Below, piece by piece: positions 1 to 7,444 of a stretch of DNA of 64,000 bases (its first letter is position 1; every line of letters begins with the position of its first letter). The notes under the pieces were generated by a model. That model was given only the letters and a program-made list of their open reading frames with translations, searched no databases and was not told the DNA's origin. Position numbers and translations under genes: made by a program. The DNA is from an uncultured Gammaproteobacteria bacterium (GTDB taxonomy: Bacteria > Patescibacteriota > Patescibacteriia > UBA9934), in assembly GCA_964613815.1 (NCBI GenBank), contig CAZTKG010000002.1, positions 118,299 to 182,298 of the forward strand, read 5' to 3'.

Positions 1-83
1 ACTATTATATTGCATGTGATATTAAGAAGTCTCGGCATGTAAAGACGGAGTATAAATTTCAGGGGGCGTTTTATGCGGAGGTT

Positions 84-1055
84 TTGGCGAAGGTACAGGG
101 AACGAAGCCTCAGATGGGGTATGTGCTTCATCCGGATGGGACGGTGGATCATTATCAGCTGGCGGAGTTTGTCGTGAATTTTCAGTTGACGCTTGATGAG
201 ATTGAGCGGATTTTGGATGGGGAGCATGAGCCGCATTTTTTTACGAGTGGATGCAAGCAATCGCCGTTTTTTTCTGAATGTCAGGATGCGGCGCGGAAGT
301 GTGATGATTTGTCGCTTTTGAATCGGGTGTGGCGGCGGGAGGTGGATGCGCTTGTTGGGGCGGGGATTAAGACGGTGACAGATCTTGCGAATGCGAGTTT
401 GGATCGTATTGGGAAGGTGCCGGATTTGACGATGGATCGGCTTTATTTTTTGCAGCAGCAGGCGATTGCGTTTGTGGAGGATCGTGTGATTTTTCTTGGG
501 GATGTGGATCTTCCAGATGAGGAGAAAGCGCTTGTGGTTGATATTGAGACGGATCCTTTGCATGTGAGCGATTATTTGTTTGGGGTACTCGTGGTTGATG
601 GGGAGGATGAGGAGTATCATGCGTTTTTTGCGGATGGGCCGGGAGGAGAGCGACATGCTTGGGAGGAGTTTTGTACGTTTTTGAAACCGTATACGCAGCA
701 GAATATGTATCATTATGGATGGTATGAGGTGGATGTGTTTCGGAAGCTTGTGGAGCGGTATGGAGCTCCGCCGGAAGTGCAGGTGATGTTTGAGGAGCGG
801 ATGATTGATTTGCTTGTGGCGATGCGGGAGAAGGTGATTTTTCCGACGAGTTTTTATTCGTTGAAAGATATTGCGAAGTATCTTGGATTTGAATGGCGGT
901 TGAAGGATGCGAGTGGATTGGATTCGATTTTGTGGTATCAGGAATGGTTGGGGACTGGAGATGCGCGAGTGAAGCAAGATATTTTGGAATATAATGAAGA
1001 TGATGTGGTGGCGACGTGGCATGTTTATAAATGGCTTCGTGAGAATAAAGCTTGA
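84..1055 (+). CDS. Predicted RNase H-like 3'-5' exonuclease domain protein (YprB/PF13482-like), N-terminal helix-hairpin-helix-like region; start may be TTG 84 or ATG 114
   Basis: The frame is open from the window start. It carries DEDD-like motifs (VVDIETD, YNEDDV) typical of the RNase_H_2/YprB family, and the ORF shows host-like GT-rich codon usage. Confidence 0.5.
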   Translation: MAKVQGTKPQMGYVLHPDGTVDHYQLAEFVVNFQLTLDEIERILDGEHEPHFFTSGCKQSPFFSECQDAARKCDDLSLLNRVWRREVDALVGAGIKTVTDLANASLDRIGKVPDLTMDRLYFLQQQAIAFVEDRVIFLGDVDLPDEEKALVVDIETDPLHVSDYLFGVLVVDGEDEEYHAFFADGPGGERHAWEEFCTFLKPYTQQNMYHYGWYEVDVFRKLVERYGAPPEVQVMFEERMIDLLVAMREKVIFPTSFYSLKDIAKYLGFEWRLKDASGLDSILWYQEWLGTGDARVKQDILEYNEDDVVATWHVYKWLRENKA

Positions 1056-1057
1056 GT

Positions 1058-1363
1058 ATGTTGAAGAAAAATGTGGAGTTTAAGAGGTGGCATGGAGGGG
1101 TTTTGGTGGTGGTTATTGTGATGGCTGGCGTGCTGTGGGTTTATGATATGTTGCCTCGAGACGAAGGGAGGCTTAGTTCTTATGCGTGCGAGCAGGTTGG
1201 AGGGCGGTATGATGGATGCGCGAGTCCTTGTGGGAGTTTAGATGATGAGCAAAGCTGCATGACTGTTTGTGTGCAGGCGTGTTTTTGTGAGACGAGTGAT
1301 CAGTGTCCGGAGGGGTTTGTGTGTTCTGATGAGAATATGGGGAGGATCTGTTCACCTGAATAG
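1058..1363 (+). CDS. Small cysteine-rich membrane-anchored protein (hypothetical)
   Basis: An ATG at 1058 follows the previous stop. There is one N-terminal TM helix, then a Cys-rich ~60 aa tail (10 Cys). Confidence 0.35.
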   Translation: MLKKNVEFKRWHGGVLVVVIVMAGVLWVYDMLPRDEGRLSSYACEQVGGRYDGCASPCGSLDDEQSCMTVCVQACFCETSDQCPEGFVCSDENMGRICSPE

Positions 1364-1368
1364 GGTTT

Positions 1369-2268
1369 ATGCGTACGTTGTTTCGATTGGCGATTGTGCT
1401 TTTGGTGGGGTATGGGGTGGTGTATTTTTTTGTTTTGCGTGGGGGAGGAGGGGAGGTGGTTCGGGTGGAGGTTGAGGAGGTGCGTTTTGAGGATGTTTTG
1501 GATGGTGGTGGCGCGGGTGATGACAGAATCATGCAGGATGAGATTGTTGATGAGGGGGAGGTTGAAGACGTTGATTCCGGAGAAGGGGACGAGGATTTGG
1601 ATGTTGATGATCATGATGACGTTATGCTGGATGAGGTTGCCGACGAGGGGGATCTCTCGACTTCGCTCGAGATGGGAATTGAGGAAATTGGTGGTTTACC
1701 TGCGGAGTTTAATTTGGCGGTACCGTTTACGTCTCAGGCGCCGCATGCGAATTGGGAGTTGCCTTATCAGGAGGCTTGTGAGGAGGCGAGTGCGTATATG
1801 GTGGCGGAATATTATGCCGGACGTGAGAGTGGGGTGATTGATGCGGGAGTGGCGGATGCGGCTATTTTGGAGGTTGTGGCGTTTCAGCAGGATTTGATTG
1901 GGGATTATTTGGATACGACGGCGGCAGAGACGGTGCAGTTTATTGATATGTTTTATGGGGTCGGGGCTCGGGTTGTCTATGATCCTGCCGTTGATGATAT
2001 TCGGGCGGAGATTGCGGCTGGGCGTCCGGTGATTTTGCCGGCTTCTGGGAAGGATCTTGAGAATCCGTTTTTTAGTGGCGACGGGCCGCTTTATCACATG
2101 CTTGTGATTAAGGGGTATGCGGATGGGGTGTTTATTGTGAATGATCCGGGGACGTATCGAGGGGAAAATTATGTGTATGATGAGGAGGTTTTGATGTCGG
2201 CGATGGGGGATTGGAATGGTGGGGACCCGGCGAATGGGGGGAAGGTTGTTATTTTTACGGAGAAATAA
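1369..2268 (+). CDS. C39-like peptidase domain protein (Peptidase_C39_2 / YvpB-like) with N-terminal TM helix and acidic linker
   Basis: The motif VPFTSQAP...QEACEEASAYMVAEYYAG matches the Peptidase_C39_2 signature (VP.I.Q.P...NGCE..S.AM...Y.G). It has an N-terminal TM helix and an acidic D/E-rich linker that contains an in-frame RPE-like repeat. Confidence 0.6.
   Translation: MRTLFRLAIVLLVGYGVVYFFVLRGGGGEVVRVEVEEVRFEDVLDGGGAGDDRIMQDEIVDEGEVEDVDSGEGDEDLDVDDHDDVMLDEVADEGDLSTSLEMGIEEIGGLPAEFNLAVPFTSQAPHANWELPYQEACEEASAYMVAEYYAGRESGVIDAGVADAAILEVVAFQQDLIGDYLDTTAAETVQFIDMFYGVGARVVYDPAVDDIRAEIAAGRPVILPASGKDLENPFFSGDGPLYHMLVIKGYADGVFIVNDPGTYRGENYVYDEEVLMSAMGDWNGGDPANGGKVVIFTEK
1647..1677. repeat. 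RPE-like palindromic element, half copy (right arm), in frame inside the C39-like peptidase gene
   Basis: GGGGATCTCTCGACTTCGCTCGAGATGGGA matches the right arm of the full copies at 4284 and 37603. It is translated as DLSTSLEMG. Confidence 0.7.
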
Positions 2269-2269
2269 T

Positions 2270-3637
2270 ATGAATAATACGTTGTTTGATTTGATGCCTG
2301 AGGGAGGGGGAGAGATCTCTCCACAAGGTCGAGATGGGGAGGGGGCGGTTCGAGATGGGGAGGGGGCGGTTCGGGATGAGAGTGAGGAGAGTGGGGCTTT
2401 GACGGTGGCGAAGTATTTGCATTTAGTGAATGAGACGCTTGGGCTTATTCCGAGTGATCGGATGAAGGTGGTGGGGGAGATTGTTGATTACAGAGTGAGT
2501 CAGGGGAAGTGGATTAATTTTGATTTGAAAGATGAGGAAGAGGATGCGAAAATTTCTTGTTTTGCGACGACGTTTAAGGTGAAGGGGCAGTTTGAGAGTG
2601 GGATGAAGGTGGAGGTGATGGGGTATCCGAAGGTGTATGAGCGGTTTGGGAAGTTTAGTTTGAATGTGCAGAGTTTGGAGCTTGTTGGTGAAGGAGCGCT
2701 TCATAAGGCGTATTTGATGTTGAAGGCGCAGCTTGAGAAAGAGGGGTTGTTTGATGTGGGACGGAAGCGAGGGTTGAAGCGGTTTCCTCGGCGGATTGGG
2801 CTTATTACGAGTCGAGAGGCGGCGGCGTATGGGGACTTTATGCGGATTTTGGGGAATCGGTGGGGCGGTGTTGAGGTGGTGCATGCGCATGTGCATGTGC
2901 AGGGGCAGCATGCGGTGAATGATATTTTGAAAGCTTTTGATGATTTTAATTCTGTGAGTGACCGTGAGGATGCGCCGGATGTGATTGTGCTTACGCGTGG
3001 GGGAGGAAGCTTGGAGGATTTGCATGCGTTTAATGATGAGGCGGTGGCGCGGGCGGTTTATGGGAGTAAGATTCCGGTGGTTGTAGGGGTTGGGCATGAG
3101 CGAGATGAGAGTTTGTGCGATTTTGTGGCGGATGTGCGAGCGAGTACGCCGAGTAATGCGGCGGAGCGGATTGTGCCTGACAGGCGAGAGGTATTAGGCG
3201 AAGTTGATACGAGCGTGCGTCGGATGGGAGGGCAGATGATGATGGCGGTCGAGCGGCGGAAGCGGGGGATTGTGCAGGCGAGTAATGTGTTTGTGCGGTT
3301 TGTGCAAGGACAGGTGTATCGGTTGAAGAGTGTGTTGCAGCGATTGCATCATCGGTTTGGGGCGTTTCAGGAAGAGCTTGCGTTGTATCGGGTTGATATG
3401 GAGCGGATGGATCATACGATGGAAAGAGGGTTAACGGGTGTTGTGCGGCAGTATAAGGAGCGTGTGGGGGCTTTGGAGCGGTTTTTGGGGCAGGTGGATG
3501 TGCAACGGGTGTTGAAGCGTGGGTTTTCGATTGTGCGGCAGGGGGAGCGGGTTGTGACGCGGGCTGATGGGGTTGCTGGAGGGGATGTGGTCGATGTACA
3601 ATTGGCGCACGGGAAGATTCAGGCGGAGGTAAAATAA
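2270..3637 (+). CDS. xseA: Exodeoxyribonuclease VII large subunit
   Basis: There is an OB-fold N-terminus and an XseA catalytic region (GLITSREAAAYGDFMRILGNRW...). The ATG at 2270 directly follows the upstream stop. An in-frame RPE copy plus a 21-bp tandem duplication sit near the N-terminus. Confidence 0.85.
   Translation: MNNTLFDLMPEGGGEISPQGRDGEGAVRDGEGAVRDESEESGALTVAKYLHLVNETLGLIPSDRMKVVGEIVDYRVSQGKWINFDLKDEEEDAKISCFATTFKVKGQFESGMKVEVMGYPKVYERFGKFSLNVQSLELVGEGALHKAYLMLKAQLEKEGLFDVGRKRGLKRFPRRIGLITSREAAAYGDFMRILGNRWGGVEVVHAHVHVQGQHAVNDILKAFDDFNSVSDREDAPDVIVLTRGGGSLEDLHAFNDEAVARAVYGSKIPVVVGVGHERDESLCDFVADVRASTPSNAAERIVPDRREVLGEVDTSVRRMGGQMMMAVERRKRGIVQASNVFVRFVQGQVYRLKSVLQRLHHRFGAFQEELALYRVDMERMDHTMERGLTGVVRQYKERVGALERFLGQVDVQRVLKRGFSIVRQGERVVTRADGVAGGDVVDVQLAHGKIQAEVK
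2309..2372. repeat. RPE-like element (right arm) followed by 2 x 21-bp tandem duplication, in frame in xseA N-terminus
   Basis: GGAGAGATCTCTCCACAAGGTCGAGATGGGG is followed by GAGATGGGGAGGGGGCGGTTC twice. It is translated as EISPQGRDGEGAVRDGEGAVRD. Confidence 0.7.
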
Positions 3638-3644
3638 TGACATT

Positions 3645-3869
3645 ATGACAACAAAAAAAGATCAAAAATTTGCGGAGGCGTTTGAACGACTTGAAAAGCT
3701 CGTGGAGTGGTTTGAGGGGGAGGATTTGGATCTCGATGAGGGGATTGCGAAGTTTGAGGAGGGGTTGGAGCTTGCGGGGGTTTGTAAGAAGAAACTTTTG
3801 GAGGTGGAGAATAAAGTGAAGTCTTTGCAGGAGAAGTATGCTTCTTCGCAGGAACAACAAGATTCTTAA
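3645..3869 (+). CDS. xseB: Exodeoxyribonuclease VII small subunit
   Basis: The 74-aa product begins AFERLEKLVEWFE...LDEGIAKFEEG, typical of XseB. It lies immediately downstream of xseA. Confidence 0.8.
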   Translation: MTTKKDQKFAEAFERLEKLVEWFEGEDLDLDEGIAKFEEGLELAGVCKKKLLEVENKVKSLQEKYASSQEQQDS

Positions 3870-3879
3870 TTTTGGAGGT

Positions 3880-4230
3880 ATGTATTTATTGTTACGGCTT
3901 TTGATTAATGCGCTTGCGCTTCTTGTGGTGACGCAGCTTGTGGCTGGGTTTAGTGTGGATACGTTTTATCATGCGCTTATTGCGGCGATTGTGCTTGGGA
4001 TCATCAATGCTGTGCTTCGGCCGGTTTTGGTTTTGTTGACGTTGCCGATTAATTTGTTGACGCTTGGGTTGTTTACGTTTGTGATTAATGGGGCGCTTAT
4101 TTGGTTTGTGGGGACGTTTGTGAAAGGGGTGGAGATTTCGGGTTTTTTGCCGGCGCTTATTGCGGCAATTTTGCTCTGGGCGATTAGTACTCTGAGTAAT
4201 ATGCTTGTCAAAGCGACGGATAAGATCTAA
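3880..4230 (+). CDS. DUF360 / phage-holin-family-4-like small membrane protein
   Basis: Four TM helices; the LLINALALLVVTQL...AVLRPVLVLLTLP pattern fits the DUF360 (YvlD-like) family. A GGAGG RBS precedes the ATG at 3880. Confidence 0.5.
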   Translation: MYLLLRLLINALALLVVTQLVAGFSVDTFYHALIAAIVLGIINAVLRPVLVLLTLPINLLTLGLFTFVINGALIWFVGTFVKGVEISGFLPALIAAILLWAISTLSNMLVKATDKI

Positions 4231-4283
4231 AGTTGGCGCGAAAGCGCCATTTTTCTTTCCCGTTCTGAGTGATTATTTTCATC

Positions 4284-4341
4284 TCCCATCTCGACCGACC
4301 GAAGGGAGTGGAGAGATCTCTCGACTTCGCTCGAGATGGGA
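4284..4341. repeat. RPE-like palindromic element, full copy, intergenic (overlaps pyrH RBS region)
   Basis: TCCCATCTCGACCGACCGAAGGGAGTGGAGAGATCTCTCGACTTCGCTCGAGATGGGA has inverted arms CCCATCTCGAC/GTCGAGATGGG around a central AGATCT. Confidence 0.8.
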
Positions 4342-4353
4342 AGGAAAAATATT

Positions 4354-5061
4354 ATGCCAAAACTTGAATTGCAGAAACAAAAGCCCGTTATTATTAGTGT
4401 TGGAGGATCCATGATTGTGCCGAATGGGGGGCCGGATGTGGAGTTTTTATCTAGATTGAAAGAATTTGTTTTGGGGATTGTTGAGCAGGACTGGAGAGTT
4501 ATTTTGGTCAGCGGCGGAGGGAAGACAGCTCGGCATTATATTGATGCGGCGGATGGGGTGCGGGGGGATGAGATTGATCCTGAGGATTTAGATTGGCTTG
4601 GGATTCACTGTACGCGCTTGAATGGGCATTTGCTTCGGACGATTTTTCGGGAGCATGCGTATCCTGTGGTGATTAAAGATCCTCGGCAGACGCCGGAGGA
4701 GTGGGATGAGGAGGTGCTGATTGCGGCTGGGTGGAAGCCTGGATGGAGTACGGATTATGTCGCTTGTCGGATTGCAGAGCGACTTGAGGTGGTGAATGTG
4801 GTGAATTTTAGTAATGTGGATTATGTGTATGAGGAGGATCCTCGGAAGAATCCTGATGCGAAGAGTTTGGATGCGGTGGATTGGAAGACGTATCGTGGGA
4901 TGGTGGGGGATGATTGGCATCCTGGGAAGAGTGCGCCGTTTGATCCTGTAGCGAGTCGGTTTTGTGAGGAGAATGGGATGCGAGTGGCGATGATTGGGAG
5001 TTTGGAGAGGGTGAAGGGGTTGTTTGAGAATGGGGAGTTTGAGGGGACGTTGATGGGGTAG
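4354..5061 (+). CDS. pyrH: UMP kinase, archaeal-type (amino-acid kinase family)
   Basis: VIISVGGSMIV...ILVSGGG amino-acid kinase motifs, ~235 aa as in archaeal UMPK. An AAGGA RBS precedes the ATG at 4354. The ATG at 4336 lies inside the repeat and is less likely. Confidence 0.7.
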   Translation: MPKLELQKQKPVIISVGGSMIVPNGGPDVEFLSRLKEFVLGIVEQDWRVILVSGGGKTARHYIDAADGVRGDEIDPEDLDWLGIHCTRLNGHLLRTIFREHAYPVVIKDPRQTPEEWDEEVLIAAGWKPGWSTDYVACRIAERLEVVNVVNFSNVDYVYEEDPRKNPDAKSLDAVDWKTYRGMVGDDWHPGKSAPFDPVASRFCEENGMRVAMIGSLERVKGLFENGEFEGTLMG

Positions 5062-5075
5062 ATTTGAAAAAAATA

Positions 5076-5106
5076 GCGCCCGCTGGCTGTGAAGCTGGCG
5101 GGCTTT
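5076..5106 (+). terminator. Hairpin + T-run downstream of pyrH
   Basis: GCCCGCTGGCTGTGAAGCTGGCGGGC followed by TTT. Confidence 0.45.
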
Positions 5107-5219
5107 GTGTTACGAGGGGGTCACGTCTGAGTAGTGGTGAGTGGGGCGATGACGATGCAGTATCGGATACCGGCAAGTCCTTCGATACCGGCTACTAGAT
5201 CGACGATCTTGTGGTCATG

Positions 5220-5254
5220 GCCCCCTAGTACGCATCTGCGGAACGGGGGTTTTG
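5220..5254. repeat. 35-bp direct repeat / hairpin (copy 1) GCCCCCTAGTACGCATCTGCGGAACGGGGGT
   Basis: A near-identical copy lies at 5574-5608, and both are followed by T-rich sequence. CCCCC...GGGGG stem. Confidence 0.6.
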
Positions 5255-5271
5255 AATTTGTACATACAATC

Positions 5272-5300
5272 TTGACAAAATTGGTATTTTGTGGTATTGT
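5272..5300 (+). promoter_or_regulatory. Sigma70-like promoter TTGACA-N17-TGG-TATTGT
   Basis: TTGACA at 5272, a 17-bp spacer ending in TGG, and TATTGT at 5295. The same architecture recurs at 15207, 18908 and 19255. Confidence 0.55.
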
Positions 5301-5326
5301 GGGAAAGTTTTTTACGGGAGAAAAAC

Positions 5327-5566
5327 ATGTTTGAGGATGTTCTTTCTTTTCTTTTCTGTGTCCTTCTGCTTGGCGTCGTCTTCGCCATGGTGGGTGATGA
5401 GGTGGTGGATGATTCTGTCCCGCTTCTCGCCGCTCTCGCGCCGGAGAAGCCGAAGCAGCTTCGGTTCGTTCCGGTGCCGGTGGATTGGAATCCGGCGCTC
5501 GAAGAGCTGCTGGGCACGGTCCAGTTTGAGGGAGAGGATTACGCGATTCGGAGTTTGGGCAACTAG
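5327..5566 (+). CDS. Small hypothetical membrane protein (79 aa), GC-rich codon usage
   Basis: A GGGAGA RBS and the ATG at 5327. There is one TM helix. The ORF is flanked by the 35-bp direct repeats and has atypical C-ending codons. Confidence 0.3.
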   Translation: MFEDVLSFLFCVLLLGVVFAMVGDEVVDDSVPLLAALAPEKPKQLRFVPVPVDWNPALEELLGTVQFEGEDYAIRSLGN

Positions 5567-5573
5567 CCTTTCG

Positions 5574-5608
5574 AATCGCGTGTAGCCCCCTAGTACGCAT
5601 TTGCGGAA
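5574..5608. repeat. 35-bp direct repeat / hairpin (copy 2), probable terminator of small ORF
   Basis: GCCCCCTAGTACGCATTTGCGGAACGGGGGTCTTGG followed by TTTTT. Confidence 0.6.
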
Positions 5609-5648
5609 CGGGGGTCTTGGTTTTTGGATGAGGAAAGGGTGGTTATTT

Positions 5649-5685
5649 GATTCCGAATGGATCCTTCACTGCGCTCTGGATGACA
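5649..5685. promoter_or_regulatory. Conserved 37-bp motif GATTCCGAATGGATCCTTCAC-N8-GGATGACA (copy 1 of 3), upstream of rplJ
   Basis: The same motif occurs at 25347-25382 and 37723-37758, in each case right after a terminator-like hairpin and followed by a G-run. Confidence 0.4.
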
Positions 5686-5697
5686 GGGGGTGAGAGG

Positions 5698-5726
5698 TTG
5701 ACCGTTTTTGATGATTGGTGTACAGT
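5698..5726 (+). promoter_or_regulatory. Putative rplJ promoter TTGACC-N17-TACAGT
   Basis: Sequence inspection, about 110 bp upstream of rplJ. Confidence 0.4.
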
Positions 5727-5835
5727 GCTCGCAACGCTGTAGACCGTAGGCATTTAAGTCCTACCGAGGCCTGAGATCATCATTGTGATGAAATTAGACT
5801 TTATCTGCGGCGATTAACGTCGTTTTTTTGTTTTT

Positions 5836-6357
5836 ATGGCTAAATCACGTCAACAGAAAGAGCAGATCGTTGCTGATGCAACGGATCGGTTCAAGCGGAT
5901 GAAGTCCGCTGCGTTTACGTCTATTTCTGGGTACACGATGGAGCAGGCTAATGAGCTTCAGAATCGTGCTGCGGAAGTTGGTGTGGATGTGTTTATTGCC
6001 AAGAAATCGCTTCTTTCGATTGCTGCCAAAGAGGCGGGAGTTGAGGGGCTTAATCCACGAGATTTTAGCGGATCTATCTTGACAGCTGTTTCGTTTGACG
6101 ACGAGGTGTCGGCAGCGAAGCTTTTGAAAGACTTTCAGAAAGAGAATGAAGATTTTGTTCTTGTTGGAGGTGTTTTGGAAGGGAAGGTTGTTGATTCTGA
6201 AGGTGTTGAGAAGTTGGCGAGTTTGCCGAGCAAAGAACAGTTGCTTGGACAGCTTGTTGGAACGCTCAATGCGCCAGTGTCTGGATTTGTTAACGTGCTC
6301 GCGGGGAATTTGCGAGGCTTGGTGACTGTTTTGAGCGCTATTCGCGATCAAAAGTAA
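5836..6357 (+). CDS. rplJ: 50S ribosomal protein L10
   Basis: The N-terminus (MAKSRQQKEQIVADATDRFK...) is typical of L10 and the gene is followed by rplL. Confidence 0.9.
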   Translation: MAKSRQQKEQIVADATDRFKRMKSAAFTSISGYTMEQANELQNRAAEVGVDVFIAKKSLLSIAAKEAGVEGLNPRDFSGSILTAVSFDDEVSAAKLLKDFQKENEDFVLVGGVLEGKVVDSEGVEKLASLPSKEQLLGQLVGTLNAPVSGFVNVLAGNLRGLVTVLSAIRDQK

Positions 6358-6380
6358 ATAACTTGTTTAATTGAATACGT

Positions 6381-6812
6381 ATGTCAGAAGAGACTACAAG
6401 CACCGAAGAGGTGAAGGAAGAAAAGAGTGTTGAGGTTCCTGAGAAGTTTAAGGCGCTTGTTTCTGAGATCGAAAAGATGTCTGTCATTGATCTTGCAGAT
6501 CTTGTGAAGGTTTTGGAAGATAAGTTCGGCGTTTCTGCTGCAGCTCCAGCGATGATGATGGCTGCACCTGCTGCTGGTGGAGAGGCTGCTGCTGAGGAGA
6601 AGAGTTCGTTTGATGTAGAGCTTACAACTATTGGAGACAGCAAGATTAATGTGATCAAGGCTGTTCGAGAGATCACTGGTCAGGGACTCAAGGATGCCAA
6701 GGATATGGTAGACGGAGCTCCTAAGGTGATTAAGGAAGGAGCTTCAAAGGAAGAGGCTGAAGAGATTAAGGGGAAGATCGAAGAAGCTGGTGGAACGGTT
6801 ACATTAAAGTAA
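6381..6812 (+). CDS. rplL: 50S ribosomal protein L7/L12
   Basis: N-terminal dimerisation region, an Ala-rich hinge and the C-terminal domain [14 protein letters not shown]...[16 protein letters not shown]. Confidence 0.9.
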   Translation: MSEETTSTEEVKEEKSVEVPEKFKALVSEIEKMSVIDLADLVKVLEDKFGVSAAAPAMMMAAPAAGGEAAAEEKSSFDVELTTIGDSKINVIKAVREITGQGLKDAKDMVDGAPKVIKEGASKEEAEEIKGKIEEAGGTVTLK

Positions 6813-6828
6813 TTGATTTCAAACAAAA

Positions 6829-6860
6829 AAACACCCATGCGTTTGCAGGGTGTTTTTTTG
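6829..6860. terminator. Bidirectional rho-independent terminator (A-run, ACACCC-loop-GGGTGT, T-run)
   Basis: AAAAAAACACCCATGCGTTTGCAGGGTGTTTTTTTG lies between the convergent genes rplL (+) and 6864-7145 (-). Confidence 0.75.
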
Positions 6861-6863
6861 TTT

Positions 6864-7145
6864 CTATTTCTTGCAAGACTTGCAAGATCCTTTGAGGAGG
6901 ATGAGGATACCGGACAAACCGATGAGGATTTGAATTAGCATCTCTAGCCAGTCCCAAGCGCCGAAAATCATGTTTACGACGTCGAGATCGAAGGCTCCAA
7001 CAAGTCCCCAGTTAAGTCCGCCAATGACGAGAAGCCAAAATGCGAGCGAATGGAGACCACATGCGTTGCCACACTTCATATGATCTTTGTTTATTACTAA
7101 TGTATTCAGCATATCACAAACTGTGCCTAAAATTAGCAGAGTCAA
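6864..7145 (-). CDS. DUF378-family small membrane protein
   Basis: GLNWGLVG motif and two TM helices. Confidence 0.5.
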   Translation of the reverse strand: MTLLILGTVCDMLNTLVINKDHMKCGNACGLHSLAFWLLVIGGLNWGLVGAFDLDVVNMIFGAWDWLEMLIQILIGLSGILILLKGSCKSCKK

Positions 7146-7184
7146 TGAATGGGTGTTGATAAATAAAAAGGTGGTGGAGAGGGT

Positions 7185-7427
7185 TTAGACGGCACCTTCT
7201 TGTTCTAGGATTTTTTGTTTTTTGTTTTTCCCTCTATTGTATCCTCCAATTTCTCCGTCTGATCGAATTACGCGATGGCAGGGAATGGTTGGATCAAGAT
7301 TTTTGTTTAGGATGTTTCCGACCGCTCTGTATGCTCGCGGGTGACCTATTGCTTCTGCGACTTGTTTGTATGTTCTTGTTTCGCCTTTTGGGATGGATTT
7401 TACGAATGTGTAGACGCTTTTTTTCAT
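7185..7427 (-). CDS. Methylated-DNA-protein-cysteine methyltransferase family, stand-alone C-terminal (DNA-binding/active-site) domain
   Basis: The PCHRVI motif includes the acceptor Cys, and the downstream GGY..G pattern matches the MGMT C-terminal domain. It is only 80 aa. Confidence 0.65.
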   Translation of the reverse strand: MKKSVYTFVKSIPKGETRTYKQVAEAIGHPRAYRAVGNILNKNLDPTIPCHRVIRSDGEIGGYNRGKNKKQKILEQEGAV

Positions 7428-7444
7428 GGTTTGGCTATGGTGGT

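Noticed and set aside
1052-1055. Alternative genetic code (UGA = Gly, as in some CPR lineages)
   Set aside because: TGA is used as a clean stop for many well-conserved genes (for example the 84-1055 gene, uvrA at 28341 and nth at 37640), with proteins ending at expected positions. This is standard code 11.
2423-3860. Long minus-strand ORFs overlapping xseA, and similar ones at 34254-35165, 38026-39336 and 45615-46409
   Set aside because: They are shadow ORFs produced by G+T-rich coding on the + strand. They overlap well-supported genes (xseA, gpmI, recJ, gatA) and encode low-complexity P/H/R-rich peptides.
4205-4414. Small ORFs encoding the recurring peptide ISRLRSRWE (also at 1394-1837, 26102-26311 and 36502-36867 on the minus strand)
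   Set aside because: They are translations of the RPE-like repeat in an alternative frame, not a protein family.
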